The translations under genes and the position numbers were made by a program. DNA of 64,000 nt. Source: an uncultured bacterium. GTDB lineage: Bacteria; Krumholzibacteriota; Krumholzibacteriia; LZORAL124-64-63. Numbering within the stretch: the first letter of the stretch is position 1; each line of letters opens with the position of its first letter. The stretch lies in contig CAVSZB010000005.1 in assembly GCA_963732385.1 (NCBI GenBank), positions 96,001 through 160,000 on the forward strand, written 5' to 3'. This document shows positions 42,032 through 51,308 of this stretch, piece after piece. Under the pieces are notes generated by a model that was given only the letters and a program-made list of their open reading frames with translations, searched no databases and was not told the origin of the DNA.

Positions 42032-42958
42032 ATGTGGAAGTCGGCCGGCCTGATTCTCGCGTTCGCCCTGTGCGCCGGCTCGCCGGCTGATGCCGGGGCG
42101 GCTGACGGCGTCACGGTCACGCCCGATGTGGTCTACGGGCACAAGGCGGGGATGGCTCTCACCTTTGACCTCTTCCGTCCGGCGACGGCCAACGGCGCCG
42201 CGGTGATCTTCATCAACAGCGGGGGGTTCGTGTCGGGACAGCTCCGCCAGTGCGAGAGCACGGGGTGGGGCGTATGGCGCTTCGTGCCGGCCGCCGAGCT
42301 GCGCATCGCAGGCGTACCGGTGGCCCTGCCCGTGCTGGCGCAGTTCAGCTTCGGCCCCCTGCTCGACGCGGGGTTCACCGTGTTCGACGTCCGGCACGGC
42401 TACAGTTCAAGCTTCAAGCTCCCGGACATCGTCAGCGACGTTCGCCAGGCGGTCCGTTTCATCCGGGACAACGCCACGCATCTGGACATCGACGCCGACC
42501 GGATCGGTCTGTGGGGCGCGAGCGCCGGAGGATACCTCGCGCTCGAGGCCGCCCTCGCCGACGATGCCGGCCCCGGCCGGGTCCGCGCGGTGGCCGTGTA
42601 CTACCCGGCCGGCTTCGACCTGGCGGGCGACACGGTGCGCTTCCCGGAGCTGCTCGCCAACCTGCCCGCCCTGCAGATCGGCGCGGCGGTCCTCGATTCG
42701 CTGTCGCTGCGCCACTACGTCTCGCCCGACGATCCGCCCTGTCTGATCATCTTCGGAACCACCGACGCCCCGTTCATTACCGAGCCCAGCGACTCGCTGT
42801 GCGCCTCCCTGACCCGGGCCGGCGTCGCCTGCCGCCGCATCGCGATCCCCGGCACCGGACACGAATTCCGCGGCCCCGCCGGGTATCAGCCGGAGAACGG
42901 GGAACGGGCCGCGCGCGAAGTGGTGGCCTGGTTCAGGGAGCAGCTGACCGTCCGCTAG
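42032..42958 (+). CDS. Secreted alpha/beta hydrolase (esterase/lipase, BD-FAE-like)
   Basis: AGGAGG RBS, signal peptide, and SGGF, GASAGG, D and GHEF motifs. Confidence 0.85.
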   Translation: MWKSAGLILAFALCAGSPADAGAADGVTVTPDVVYGHKAGMALTFDLFRPATANGAAVIFINSGGFVSGQLRQCESTGWGVWRFVPAAELRIAGVPVALPVLAQFSFGPLLDAGFTVFDVRHGYSSSFKLPDIVSDVRQAVRFIRDNATHLDIDADRIGLWGASAGGYLALEAALADDAGPGRVRAVAVYYPAGFDLAGDTVRFPELLANLPALQIGAAVLDSLSLRHYVSPDDPPCLIIFGTTDAPFITEPSDSLCASLTRAGVACRRIAIPGTGHEFRGPAGYQPENGERAAREVVAWFREQLTVR

Positions 42959-43100
42959 ACGGACACAGCCGGTGCGGAATCGACATTGAATCCATTTTCA
43001 TATCGGCCTATCCTCCGCTCCGGAGGGTCCAGCGAGACATGTCCGCCTCCCTGCCGCTCCCGGAGGCGGACGGAATCGACCGGGAAGCAAGGGTGGCCCG

Positions 43101-44693
43101 ATGAAGATATTCCAGGTTGCCCCTCTCCTGCTGCTTGGCCTCGTTCTGGCAGACCCGGCCGCCGGGTCGGACGCCGCGACGGCCGAGCCCCAGTTCCTGG
43201 GCCGCTACCTCGTCACCACCGAGCAACTCCACGATGCAGACCGGGGCTACAAACTTGAGACCGTCTACCCCAGTCCGGACCGCAGGCGGGTCGCCGCCGT
43301 TTTCGTCGGCAACAACGCCCAGGGCTACGTCTGGGTCGAGGGGCAGGGCCAGAGCCCGCTGTGGGATTACGTGATCGCCGTCGAATGGAGCCCCGACAGC
43401 CGCCGCCTCGCCTACCTCGCGACCAGCGGCGGCAAGGTGCATGTCGTGGTCGATGGGGTCGACACCGGGAAGTACGACTCTGTGCCAGGAAAAACCGTTC
43501 CTTTCAGCTCCGACGGCAGCCGTTACGGTTTTCTGGCGGCCGAACTCAAGAAGAACCAGATCAAGTCCGTGCGGGCGGTCATCGACGGTACCGCAGGCGA
43601 GTCCTTCGACAATGTGACCGGCCCCAAGCAGGGGCCCCTGCTCCGCTTCAGCCCTGGCGGGGCTCACTGGTTGATGTTCGCCAGGAGGGGTGATCAGTAT
43701 TTTGCGGTCGTCGACGGCCGCATCGGCCCCTCTTTCGACCACACCGCCGGAGATCCGGTCTGGTCGGCCGACGGCGAGCACCTGGCCTACGTCGGGGTCC
43801 GCGGGGAGGACTGGTACCTGGCCCACGACGATTCCCTGCACGGCCCCTTCCCCTGGGTCTGCGACCCGGTCTTCTCGCCCGTCTCGAACGACCTGGCCTA
43901 CTGCGTGAACGAAGACGAGCAGGGCTACGTCGCTTTCAACCACCGGCCGTTGGGCCGGCGGTATTACAGGGTTCGCGGGCCGGTCTTCAGCCCCGATGGC
44001 CGCCGTCTGGCCTATTGGGCCAGCCGGCCGCCCGAAGGGTCCTGCGTGGTCGTCGACTCGACGGCCGGACCGATTCTGCCCTCGGCGGCCGGGCCCAGGT
44101 TTACCGAGCACGGCCTGCTCTTCTACGACGCCTACCTCGACTCCACCGGCACCCGGCGCGTGTTCTTCGTCGAGAACCGCCGGCTGCCGGAGATGTCAGG
44201 CAGCTTCGCCTCCCTCCCCCTGGCCAAAGGGACGGGCTCGGTGTCCGGGCTCTGGCTGAACACCCCGCCCGACGGCAGCCGCATGGCCTACGGCTGGCGG
44301 GTGGACGAGTGGACCTTCAACGTGGTGGTCGAAGGGGAGCAGTGGTCGGGATTCCTGGCCGATCCGGTCGAATGGGGCAACGACGGCGAGCACTACGCCT
44401 TCCGCCTCATCGTCCCCAAAAAAGGCGACCGCGTCATCATCGACGGCGACGAGGGGCCGCTCTACAAGAGCGCCCTGGGAGTTCGCCTCAGCCCCGACGG
44501 CAACGAGGTCGCGTACATCGCGTCGCACAAGGACAAGGGCGATGAGAGACTGGTGATGAACCGCGAGGAGGGCCCGCCCTGGGACGGCATCGTACCCGGG
44601 ACGGTGCACTTCCAGCCCGACGGTTCGCTGATCCACTACGCGATCGATGCGCCGGACAAGCTGTTTCGGGTCGTGTTGACTCCGCGCGAGTGA
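43101..44693 (+). CDS. Secreted TolB/WD40-like beta-propeller repeat protein
   Basis: Signal peptide and repeated (W/F)SPDG..LAY....VVVDG..G..YD units. Confidence 0.8.
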   Translation: MKIFQVAPLLLLGLVLADPAAGSDAATAEPQFLGRYLVTTEQLHDADRGYKLETVYPSPDRRRVAAVFVGNNAQGYVWVEGQGQSPLWDYVIAVEWSPDSRRLAYLATSGGKVHVVVDGVDTGKYDSVPGKTVPFSSDGSRYGFLAAELKKNQIKSVRAVIDGTAGESFDNVTGPKQGPLLRFSPGGAHWLMFARRGDQYFAVVDGRIGPSFDHTAGDPVWSADGEHLAYVGVRGEDWYLAHDDSLHGPFPWVCDPVFSPVSNDLAYCVNEDEQGYVAFNHRPLGRRYYRVRGPVFSPDGRRLAYWASRPPEGSCVVVDSTAGPILPSAAGPRFTEHGLLFYDAYLDSTGTRRVFFVENRRLPEMSGSFASLPLAKGTGSVSGLWLNTPPDGSRMAYGWRVDEWTFNVVVEGEQWSGFLADPVEWGNDGEHYAFRLIVPKKGDRVIIDGDEGPLYKSALGVRLSPDGNEVAYIASHKDKGDERLVMNREEGPPWDGIVPGTVHFQPDGSLIHYAIDAPDKLFRVVLTPRE

Positions 44694-44712
44694 CCGGATT
44701 CCGGCCGGGGCA

Positions 44713-45645
44713 TCACGCCCGGCTGTCGCCGTCGAGGAACCCCAGCATCCCCGTCAACGACTGACGCGTGAAGGCCAGTTCCCGCGCGCGGATGTCGTGC
44801 GACAACTCCGTCCATCTGGCGTAGCAAGGGTCCTCGGCCAGCAGACGCTGCTGCACGCGGGCCAGCAGGCTGCCGGGGTCGCCGTCGCCCAGCTGCTCTT
44901 CCGGCCGCCGCTCGTGGCGCAGGACATTCAGCCAGCGTTCGAGCTGGTGGCGGGCGTCGTTGAGCAGTTCGCGGGTCCGCCCTTTGGCCAGACCGTGGTG
45001 GGCGAACGCGAGCCGGGCCGGCGACGGGTTGAGCGCGAGCAGACGGTCGAGCGAATCCAGCGCCACTCCAAGATAGAATCGCGGCGGCGTGGCCGGACGC
45101 AGATAGCGACCGCCGTCGGGCAGGGCGGCGTAGGTGCCGGCGGCCTCGCCGACGAACAGGGTGCCGTCGTGGCGGAAGCAGAGATGGTGCGGGGCGTGGC
45201 CGGGGGTCGGGATGATCGTGATGGCGGCGCGAGCGAACGCTACTCCGGTCAGTTCCATGCGGGCGGCGAAGCGGTCGGCCGGCACTGGTGACGGCTCGCC
45301 GTAGACTTCGGCGGCGGCACCGAGCACCGTGCGCGAGCCCTCCCACAACCGCTCCGGCTCGACCAGGTGTCCACGGCCATTTTCGTGGCAGACTATTCTC
45401 GCCTCGGGGAAGGCGGCCGCCACCTCGGCGGCGCCGCCGGCGTGATCGAGATGGATGTGCGTGAGCAGGATCCAGTCGAGCCGCGTCACGCGGCGCGCGC
45501 GCAGCTGCGCCACGAGCTGCTGCGCGGTGGAGCGCGGCCCCGGGTCGACAATGAACGTGAGCCCCGGGCGTTGCTCCAGCCAACAACTGATGAATTCCCG
45601 CTGGCCTGGCAGGCGCTGGTCGAGGTCGATCAGGTCGAGGGCCAT
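44713..45645 (-). CDS. MBL-fold metallo-hydrolase
   Basis: VDPGP, THIHLDHAGG, TPGHAPHH, GEAAG and FAHHG motifs. Confidence 0.88.
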   Translation of the reverse strand: MALDLIDLDQRLPGQREFISCWLEQRPGLTFIVDPGPRSTAQQLVAQLRARRVTRLDWILLTHIHLDHAGGAAEVAAAFPEARIVCHENGRGHLVEPERLWEGSRTVLGAAAEVYGEPSPVPADRFAARMELTGVAFARAAITIIPTPGHAPHHLCFRHDGTLFVGEAAGTYAALPDGGRYLRPATPPRFYLGVALDSLDRLLALNPSPARLAFAHHGLAKGRTRELLNDARHQLERWLNVLRHERRPEEQLGDGDPGSLLARVQQRLLAEDPCYARWTELSHDIRARELAFTRQSLTGMLGFLDGDSRA

Positions 45646-45670
45646 GCGTGGCTCCGGGCGGCCGGTCGGC

Positions 45671-47056
45671 CTAGTTCTGCTGTTGTTGCTGGCGCTGCAG
45701 GTTGTCGAAGCGGGTGAAGTTCTTGTTGAACATCAGGTCGAACTGGCCGGTCGGGCCGTTGCGCTGCTTGCCGATGATCACGGTGGCGAGGTTGCGCACC
45801 GATTCGTCCTCGGGGTTGTACATCTCCTCGCGGTAGATGAAGAGGACCAGGTCGGCGTCCTGCTCGATCGCGCCCGACTCCCTCAGGTCCGACAACTTCG
45901 GCTTGTTGTCGCCGCGCGATTCGACGGCGCGCGAAAGCTGGCTCAGCGCCAGCACCGGCACGCCGAGATCCTTGGCGAGCGCCTTCAGGTTGCGGCTGAT
46001 GTCGGAGATCTCCTGCTGGCGGTTCTCGCTGCGGCCCTGGCCGGTCATCAGCTGCAGGTAGTCGACCACCACCAGGCCGATGTTCGCCTGTTTTTTCAGC
46101 AGGCGCGCCTTGGCTTTCATCTCGAGCGCCGACAGGCTGCTCGTGTCGTCGATGTAGATCGGCGCGGCGGCGAGACGTTCGCAGGCGGCGGTCAGCCGCG
46201 GCCAGTCCTGCGGCTGGATCTGGCCCCGCCGGATGTCGTGGTTGTTGAAGCCGCCGCTGGCGCAGAGCATGCGCATGACGAGCTGCTCCTTGGCCATCTC
46301 CAGGCTGAAGACCGCCACCGGCACCTGTTCCTTCACCGCGGCGTTGTAGGCGAGATTCAGCGCCAGCGCGGTCTTGCCCATCGACGGGCGGGCCGCCAGG
46401 ATGATCAGGTCGGATTTCTGCAACCCGGCGGTCAGGCGGTCGAAGTCGGCGAAACCGGTGCGCAGGCCGGTCACGTCGCTCTTGTTTCGGAAGGCCTCCT
46501 CGATCGTGCGGAAGGTGACCGGCACGACCGACTTGACCAGCTCGAAGCCGCCCTTGCGCGTGCTCTCGGCGATCTTGTAGATGTTCGACTGCGCGCGATC
46601 GAGGATGGTGGCGGCCGACTCCGCCCCCTCGTACCCCTCGCCGGCGATGGCCGTGGCGGTGCTGATCAGCGCGCGCAGCATCGCCTTTTCCTGCACGATG
46701 CCGGCGTGATAAGTCACGTTCGCGGCGGTGGCGACGGTCGCGAGAAGGTAGGCGAGATAATCGGTGCCGCCCACCGTCTCGAGATCGTTGCGCCGCTGCA
46801 GGATCTCCGCCACGGTCACGGTATCGATGGCCTGATCGCGGTCATAAAGCTCGCGCATCGCGGCGAAGATGAGCCGGTGCTCCTTGCGATAGAAGTCGTC
46901 GGCCGACACCTTTTCGATCGCCAGGCCGAGGGCATCGCGCTCGAGCATGATGGCGCCGAGGATGGCGCGCTCGGCGTCCCCGTTCTGGGGCGGCAGCCGT
47001 TCAGCGCTTCCGGCGCCGGCGGCGCCCGGGTGGACGGGGGCAGAGGAGGAATCCAC
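45671..47056 (-). CDS. dnaB: Replicative DNA helicase
   Basis: PPQN.DAE, ARPSMGKT, FSLEM, VDYLQL and SDLRESGAIEQDAD. Probable GTG start at 47056. No intein. Confidence 0.97.
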   Translation of the reverse strand: MDSSSAPVHPGAAGAGSAERLPPQNGDAERAILGAIMLERDALGLAIEKVSADDFYRKEHRLIFAAMRELYDRDQAIDTVTVAEILQRRNDLETVGGTDYLAYLLATVATAANVTYHAGIVQEKAMLRALISTATAIAGEGYEGAESAATILDRAQSNIYKIAESTRKGGFELVKSVVPVTFRTIEEAFRNKSDVTGLRTGFADFDRLTAGLQKSDLIILAARPSMGKTALALNLAYNAAVKEQVPVAVFSLEMAKEQLVMRMLCASGGFNNHDIRRGQIQPQDWPRLTAACERLAAAPIYIDDTSSLSALEMKAKARLLKKQANIGLVVVDYLQLMTGQGRSENRQQEISDISRNLKALAKDLGVPVLALSQLSRAVESRGDNKPKLSDLRESGAIEQDADLVLFIYREEMYNPEDESVRNLATVIIGKQRNGPTGQFDLMFNKNFTRFDNLQRQQQQQN

Positions 47057-47160
47057 GGCGACCTCGCGGGGGATGGGGAACGGGAGCGGTACGGCCCGAC
47101 GGAATGTAGCACACGACCCGCGCAGCCGCGGCGGGGAAGCGCGCCGGCGCGCAAAATAGC

Positions 47161-47346
47161 TGGTGACAACAGGTGCGCAACCTGTGGACAACCGCCTCCG
47201 GACCGGGGGACAATCCGTGGACAAGCGGACCCTGTCAGTGGACAACGACGATATCCCGTGGACAACTTCCGGCCCGTGCCGGCTCCGGCGGCCCAAGTGG
47301 CCGCTCCACCCCGTCTCCCGCGAGGCGCAACCTGTGGACAACCGCC
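47161..47346. promoter_or_regulatory. Cluster of co-oriented DnaA boxes (TTGTCCACA type)
   Basis: TGTGGACAA is perfect at 47183 and 47333, has one mismatch at 47216, 47237 and 47257, and two mismatches at 47161 and 47205. Confidence 0.8.
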
Positions 47347-48231
47347 ATGCCGCCTGACCAGCTGCGCGCCACCCTCGCCGCCATCGCCGCGGCCCCCCAC
47401 CCCCCCGTGCCATGGCGCGACGGCGCGCAGATCCCGTGGCACGATCCCGCCTTCAGCGAGCGGATGCTCGACATCCACCTCGATCAGTCCACGCACATGG
47501 CCAGCCGTTCGCGCGAGGTGATCGCGCGGCATGTGGCGTGGCTGCGCGAGCGCATGCGTGAAACGCCCGGCGCGGCGGCGCCGACGGCGCGCGTCCTCGA
47601 CGTGGCGTGCGGCCCCGGCCTCTACTGCCACGAACTGGCGCGGCTGGGGCACCCCGCGACCGGTTTCGATTTCGCCCCCGCGCCGCTCGCCTGGGCGCGC
47701 GAGGTCGCCGCGCGCGAGGGACTCGCCTGCCGCTTCCTCGCGGCCGACCTCACGCGGCTCGACGACGCACAGCTGGCCGAGATCGGCCCCGTGGAGGTCA
47801 TCACCTTCTGGTTCGGCGAGTTCCACTCGTTCCCGCCCGAGGTCGCGCGCCGCTTCCTGGCGCAGCTCGCCTCACTGCTCGTGCCGGGCGGACTGTTCGT
47901 GCTGGAGTACCAGCCGTACGAGCTGTATCCGCGGGAGGACCTGCAGGAATGGCGCGCCTGCGACCGCTCGCCGCTCAGCGACCGCCCCCACCTCTGGCTG
48001 CAGGAGTACCACTGGGACGAGCGGCAGCAGTCGGAAATCAACGTCCACTGGGTGATCGACGCTGAATCGGGCGCCCTGACCCGCTACGCCCAGTCAGGGC
48101 GGGCCTGGCGCGACCGCGAACTGGTGGCGGCCTGCCGCGCGGCCGGTCTCGAGCGCCCGGTCTTCCACCCGCCGATCACCGGCGTGAGTGAGCGGTTCGA
48201 ATTCGCCATGCTGACCGCCCGGCGCCCCTGA
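47347..48231 (+). CDS. Class I SAM-dependent methyltransferase
   Basis: WHDPAFSERML..HL and VLDVACGPGLY (motif I), plus GFDFA. Confidence 0.88.
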   Translation: MPPDQLRATLAAIAAAPHPPVPWRDGAQIPWHDPAFSERMLDIHLDQSTHMASRSREVIARHVAWLRERMRETPGAAAPTARVLDVACGPGLYCHELARLGHPATGFDFAPAPLAWAREVAAREGLACRFLAADLTRLDDAQLAEIGPVEVITFWFGEFHSFPPEVARRFLAQLASLLVPGGLFVLEYQPYELYPREDLQEWRACDRSPLSDRPHLWLQEYHWDERQQSEINVHWVIDAESGALTRYAQSGRAWRDRELVAACRAAGLERPVFHPPITGVSERFEFAMLTARRP

Positions 48232-48305
48232 CGCGCCCCCGCGACCGGCGCCGGCGGGCCCCTCTCGCGGGGGTGTCATGGCGGGGCGCGGCTGGCTCTT
48301 GTGGG

Positions 48306-48404
48306 GACTGCTACACGTGCAAAAAGTGCGCAGCCCGAAAGGGCGCCGCGCGGACCGTTCCGCCCACGGGACCGGTCCGCGCACTTTTTGCACGTGTAGC
48401 AGTC
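48306..48404. repeat. 99-bp MITE/REP-like element with perfect 26-bp terminal inverted repeats
   Basis: GACTGCTACACGTGCAAAAAGTGCGC (48306-48331) and its exact reverse complement (48379-48404), with internal hairpins. Confidence 0.75.
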
Positions 48405-48466
48405 TCTGTAAGGAAGCACGCAAAGGGACCACCGACGGGCCACCCGCCCGCGCGCCCCGGCCGTAC

Positions 48467-49867
48467 TCACCGCGCCAGGAGCGCCCCCAGATCGGCGGAG
48501 TCGCCCAGCGCCGGTATGATCGGCGTCACGCCCCAGCCTGCCTGCAGCTCCCCCGCCAAAGCGCGCGCCGACTCCGGCTCGCCGTGCGTGACGAAAACGA
48601 CGCGCGGCGCCGCGGCCGTGCGCGCCCAGCGCAGCAGCTCGCTCCGCCCGGCGTGCCCCGACAGCCCGTGCACCGCCAGCACCCGCGCGCGCACTGGAAT
48701 GTCCTGGCCGTGCAGTCGCACCGAGGCGGCCCCCTCGAGCAGCACGCGCCCGCGGGTGCCGGCGGCCTGGTAACCCATCAGGCAGATCAGGCAGTCGGGA
48801 TCGGGCGCCTTGCGTTCAAGGTGATGCAGCACGCGTCCGCCGGTGAGCATGCCGCTGGCCGAGATGATCACGCGCGGTCCCGGCAGGTCGTTCAGGTGCT
48901 TCGACTCGTCGGTCGTGCGATGGAACTTCACCTTGCGCGGGAACAGGTGCGTGCCGTCCTCGGAGATCCCCTCGTCGAGATTGCCGTCGTGCAGGTGGCG
49001 CCCGTAGATGCGCGTCGCCTCGGCAGCCATCGGGCTGTCCACGTGGATCGGCGTGTTCGGCAGTTCGCCGGAGCGCATCAGGTCGCGCAGGATCAGCGCC
49101 ACCTGCTGCGTGCGCCCGAGCGCGAAGGCCGGGATCAGCACGGTGCCGCGCCGCGCAAAGGTCTCGCGGAACGCCGTCCGGATCTGGTCGATCATCGACT
49201 CGGGGTCGTGCTCGCGGTCGCCGTACGTGGACTCGATGACGAGCGCGTCGCTGACCGGCCGCGCCTCCGGGTCGACGTGCAGCGGCGCGTCGTACCGCCC
49301 GACATCGCCACTGAACAGGATGCCCGCCTCGCGCCCGTCCAGCGGAAAGCGCACCTCCGCCGAGGCTGAGCCGAGGATGTGCCCGGCGTTGTGGAAGCGG
49401 GCCCGCGCGCCGCCGCCAAGGTCGAGCCAGGCGCCGTAGTCCACGGCGTGCAGCAGCGCCAGCGCCCGCCGCGCGTCCGCCTCGTCGAACAGCGGCAGCG
49501 CCGTCTCGTGCTTGCTGAAGCCCCGCCGGTTCGCGTACGCGGCGTCCTCTTCCTGCAGCTTCGCGGCGTCGAGCAGCATCAGCGGCGCCAGGTCGGCGCT
49601 GGCCGGCGTGCAGTGCACCGGCCCGGCGTACCCCTCCCGCACGAGGCGCGGCAGATAGCCGAGGTGGTCGATGTGCACGTGCGTCAGCAGCACGTGGTCC
49701 ACCGACGCAGGGTCGAACGCCGGCTTCTTCCAGTTGAGTTCGCGCAGCGCCTTCAGCCCCTGGAACATCCCGCAGTCGATGAGGATGCGCCGCCCGGCGA
49801 CCTCGAGCAGGTACTTCGAGCCGGTCACCGTGCCGGCGGCTCCGTGGAAGGTCAGGGTGGCGGTCAT
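48467..49867 (-). CDS. MBL/beta-CASP RNA-specific hydrolase
   Basis: GAAGTVTGS, THVHIDH, AGHILGS, ESTYGDR, SASGM..GGRV and LSGHA motifs. Confidence 0.92.
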   Translation of the reverse strand: MTATLTFHGAAGTVTGSKYLLEVAGRRILIDCGMFQGLKALRELNWKKPAFDPASVDHVLLTHVHIDHLGYLPRLVREGYAGPVHCTPASADLAPLMLLDAAKLQEEDAAYANRRGFSKHETALPLFDEADARRALALLHAVDYGAWLDLGGGARARFHNAGHILGSASAEVRFPLDGREAGILFSGDVGRYDAPLHVDPEARPVSDALVIESTYGDREHDPESMIDQIRTAFRETFARRGTVLIPAFALGRTQQVALILRDLMRSGELPNTPIHVDSPMAAEATRIYGRHLHDGNLDEGISEDGTHLFPRKVKFHRTTDESKHLNDLPGPRVIISASGMLTGGRVLHHLERKAPDPDCLICLMGYQAAGTRGRVLLEGAASVRLHGQDIPVRARVLAVHGLSGHAGRSELLRWARTAAAPRVVFVTHGEPESARALAGELQAGWGVTPIIPALGDSADLGALLAR

Positions 49868-49886
49868 GCACAGCTCCCTGGGCGTG

Positions 49887-50366
49887 TCAGTTCCCCATCC
49901 CAGCCAGCTGGATCGTCCACGAGGCTAAGACGATCATCAACGCGATCGAGACTATCCCCAGGCCCATCAGAACCGTCTGTGTAGGGTTGGGGTACGGTCG
50001 TTGGACCGCGACGATGTCGGCCACGGCGACCGTGACGGCGCGGCCGGCGGACAGCAGGCACGGCGCTCGGTCCGTGTCCGACACGAACTCCGTGTCCCGC
50101 AGCGGCAGTTCGCGCACGGCGGTCACGACGAGCGAATCCTGCCCCACTTGCGCCAGGCGCCCCTCGAACTCGCACCCGTCGCGCAATCGGATCAGCACGC
50201 GATCGCCCGGAGCGAGGGCGCCGTCCGCCGCGCGCGACGGCTCCTCCGCCTTGCCGACCTCCCCCCACTGGCGTGCCGGCACCTCCCGGTACGTCGCGCA
50301 GCCGGACGCAAGCGCCAGAAGAGTCAGCGCGAGGAGAGGGGCCTGGCAACGTTGCCGCGATGTCAT
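49887..50366 (-). CDS. Hypothetical lipoprotein with C-terminal TM
   Basis: Lipobox LASGC and a hydrophobic C-terminus. Fits tightly between udg and the beta-CASP gene. Confidence 0.65.
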   Translation of the reverse strand: MTSRQRCQAPLLALTLLALASGCATYREVPARQWGEVGKAEEPSRAADGALAPGDRVLIRLRDGCEFEGRLAQVGQDSLVVTAVRELPLRDTEFVSDTDRAPCLLSAGRAVTVAVADIVAVQRPYPNPTQTVLMGLGIVSIALMIVLASWTIQLAGMGN

Positions 50367-50369
50367 CGC

Positions 50370-51308
50370 TCACCTTCCCGCCTGCAGGGCGTCGTAGAGC
50401 GAGCGCAGCTTGCGCACGTCGTCCCAGGCGGGGCGTTTCCAGTGCGGGTTGCGCAGGAGCGCGGCAGGGTGGTAGGTCACGACGACCGGGACATTGCCAT
50501 AGAAATGGACATGCTCGCGCAGCGCGCCGAGGGTGGCGTTGGTGCGCAACAGGGTGTGCGCGGCGTGGCGGCCGAGACAGCAGATCACGGACGGGTCGAT
50601 GATCTCGAGCTGCCGTTTCAGGTACGGCTCGCACGCCTCGACCTCATCCCCCTCCGGATCGCGGTTCTCGGGGGGACGGCACTTGAGGATGTTGCAGATG
50701 TAGACGTCTTCGCGCCGCAGCCCGATCGCCTTCAGGATGTCGTTGAGCAGCTGCCCCGCGCGTCCGACGAACGGCTCGCCCCGCTCGTCCTCCTCGCGGC
50801 CCGGCGCCTCCCCCACGAACACCACGCCGGCATCGGGACTGCCCGTGCCAAAAACGGTCTGAGTGCGGGTGCGCGCCAGCTTGCACTGCGTGCACGGCGC
50901 GACTTCGCGGGCGATCGCGTCGAGCGCTTCGCCCTTCTGCGCCGGCGTGAGCCGGACCGGAGCAGCCGCCGGGACGTTGAAGATATCGGCCGGCGGCGTC
51001 GCCTCGCGGCGACGGGCCAGCAGTTCGAGCGTGTCTTTAACGAAGGCGGCGCGGGCGGCGGCGGAGGGGTCGTCCTTCGGCGCTGCGGGCGCAGGGGGCG
51101 CAACGGCCCGCGACGGTTTCTCCGGCCTCGCGGCCGCGGGCTTCACGGTCACCGGAGGGGCCCCCGCCGGTTCGGGCGCGGCAACGGCCGCGGAAGCCTC
51201 CTCGGCGACCGGATCGATGAACCAATCCACGCCGGAGTCCCGCTGCTGGCGCACGTAGAGGCGAAGGTCGGCGGCGAGGCGGCCCAGATCATCGGCGGAA
51301 GAACTCAT
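50370..51308 (-). CDS. Uracil-DNA glycosylase family 4
   Basis: CTQCKL, GEAPG..ED, PFVGRAG, KCRPP.NR and TYHPAALLR motifs. Confidence 0.93.
   Translation of the reverse strand: MSSSADDLGRLAADLRLYVRQQRDSGVDWFIDPVAEEASAAVAAPEPAGAPPVTVKPAAARPEKPSRAVAPPAPAAPKDDPSAAARAAFVKDTLELLARRREATPPADIFNVPAAAPVRLTPAQKGEALDAIAREVAPCTQCKLARTRTQTVFGTGSPDAGVVFVGEAPGREEDERGEPFVGRAGQLLNDILKAIGLRREDVYICNILKCRPPENRDPEGDEVEACEPYLKRQLEIIDPSVICCLGRHAAHTLLRTNATLGALREHVHFYGNVPVVVTYHPAALLRNPHWKRPAWDDVRKLRSLYDALQAGR

Noticed and set aside
47161..47346. Repeats considered as a CRISPR array or plasmid iterons
   Set aside because: The units are 9 bp with short irregular spacers, there is no cas or rep gene, and they match the DnaA box.
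48094..48470. Short ORFs with CYTCKKC or CTC motifs
   Set aside because: They arise from translating the 26-bp inverted repeat on both strands and have no RBS support.
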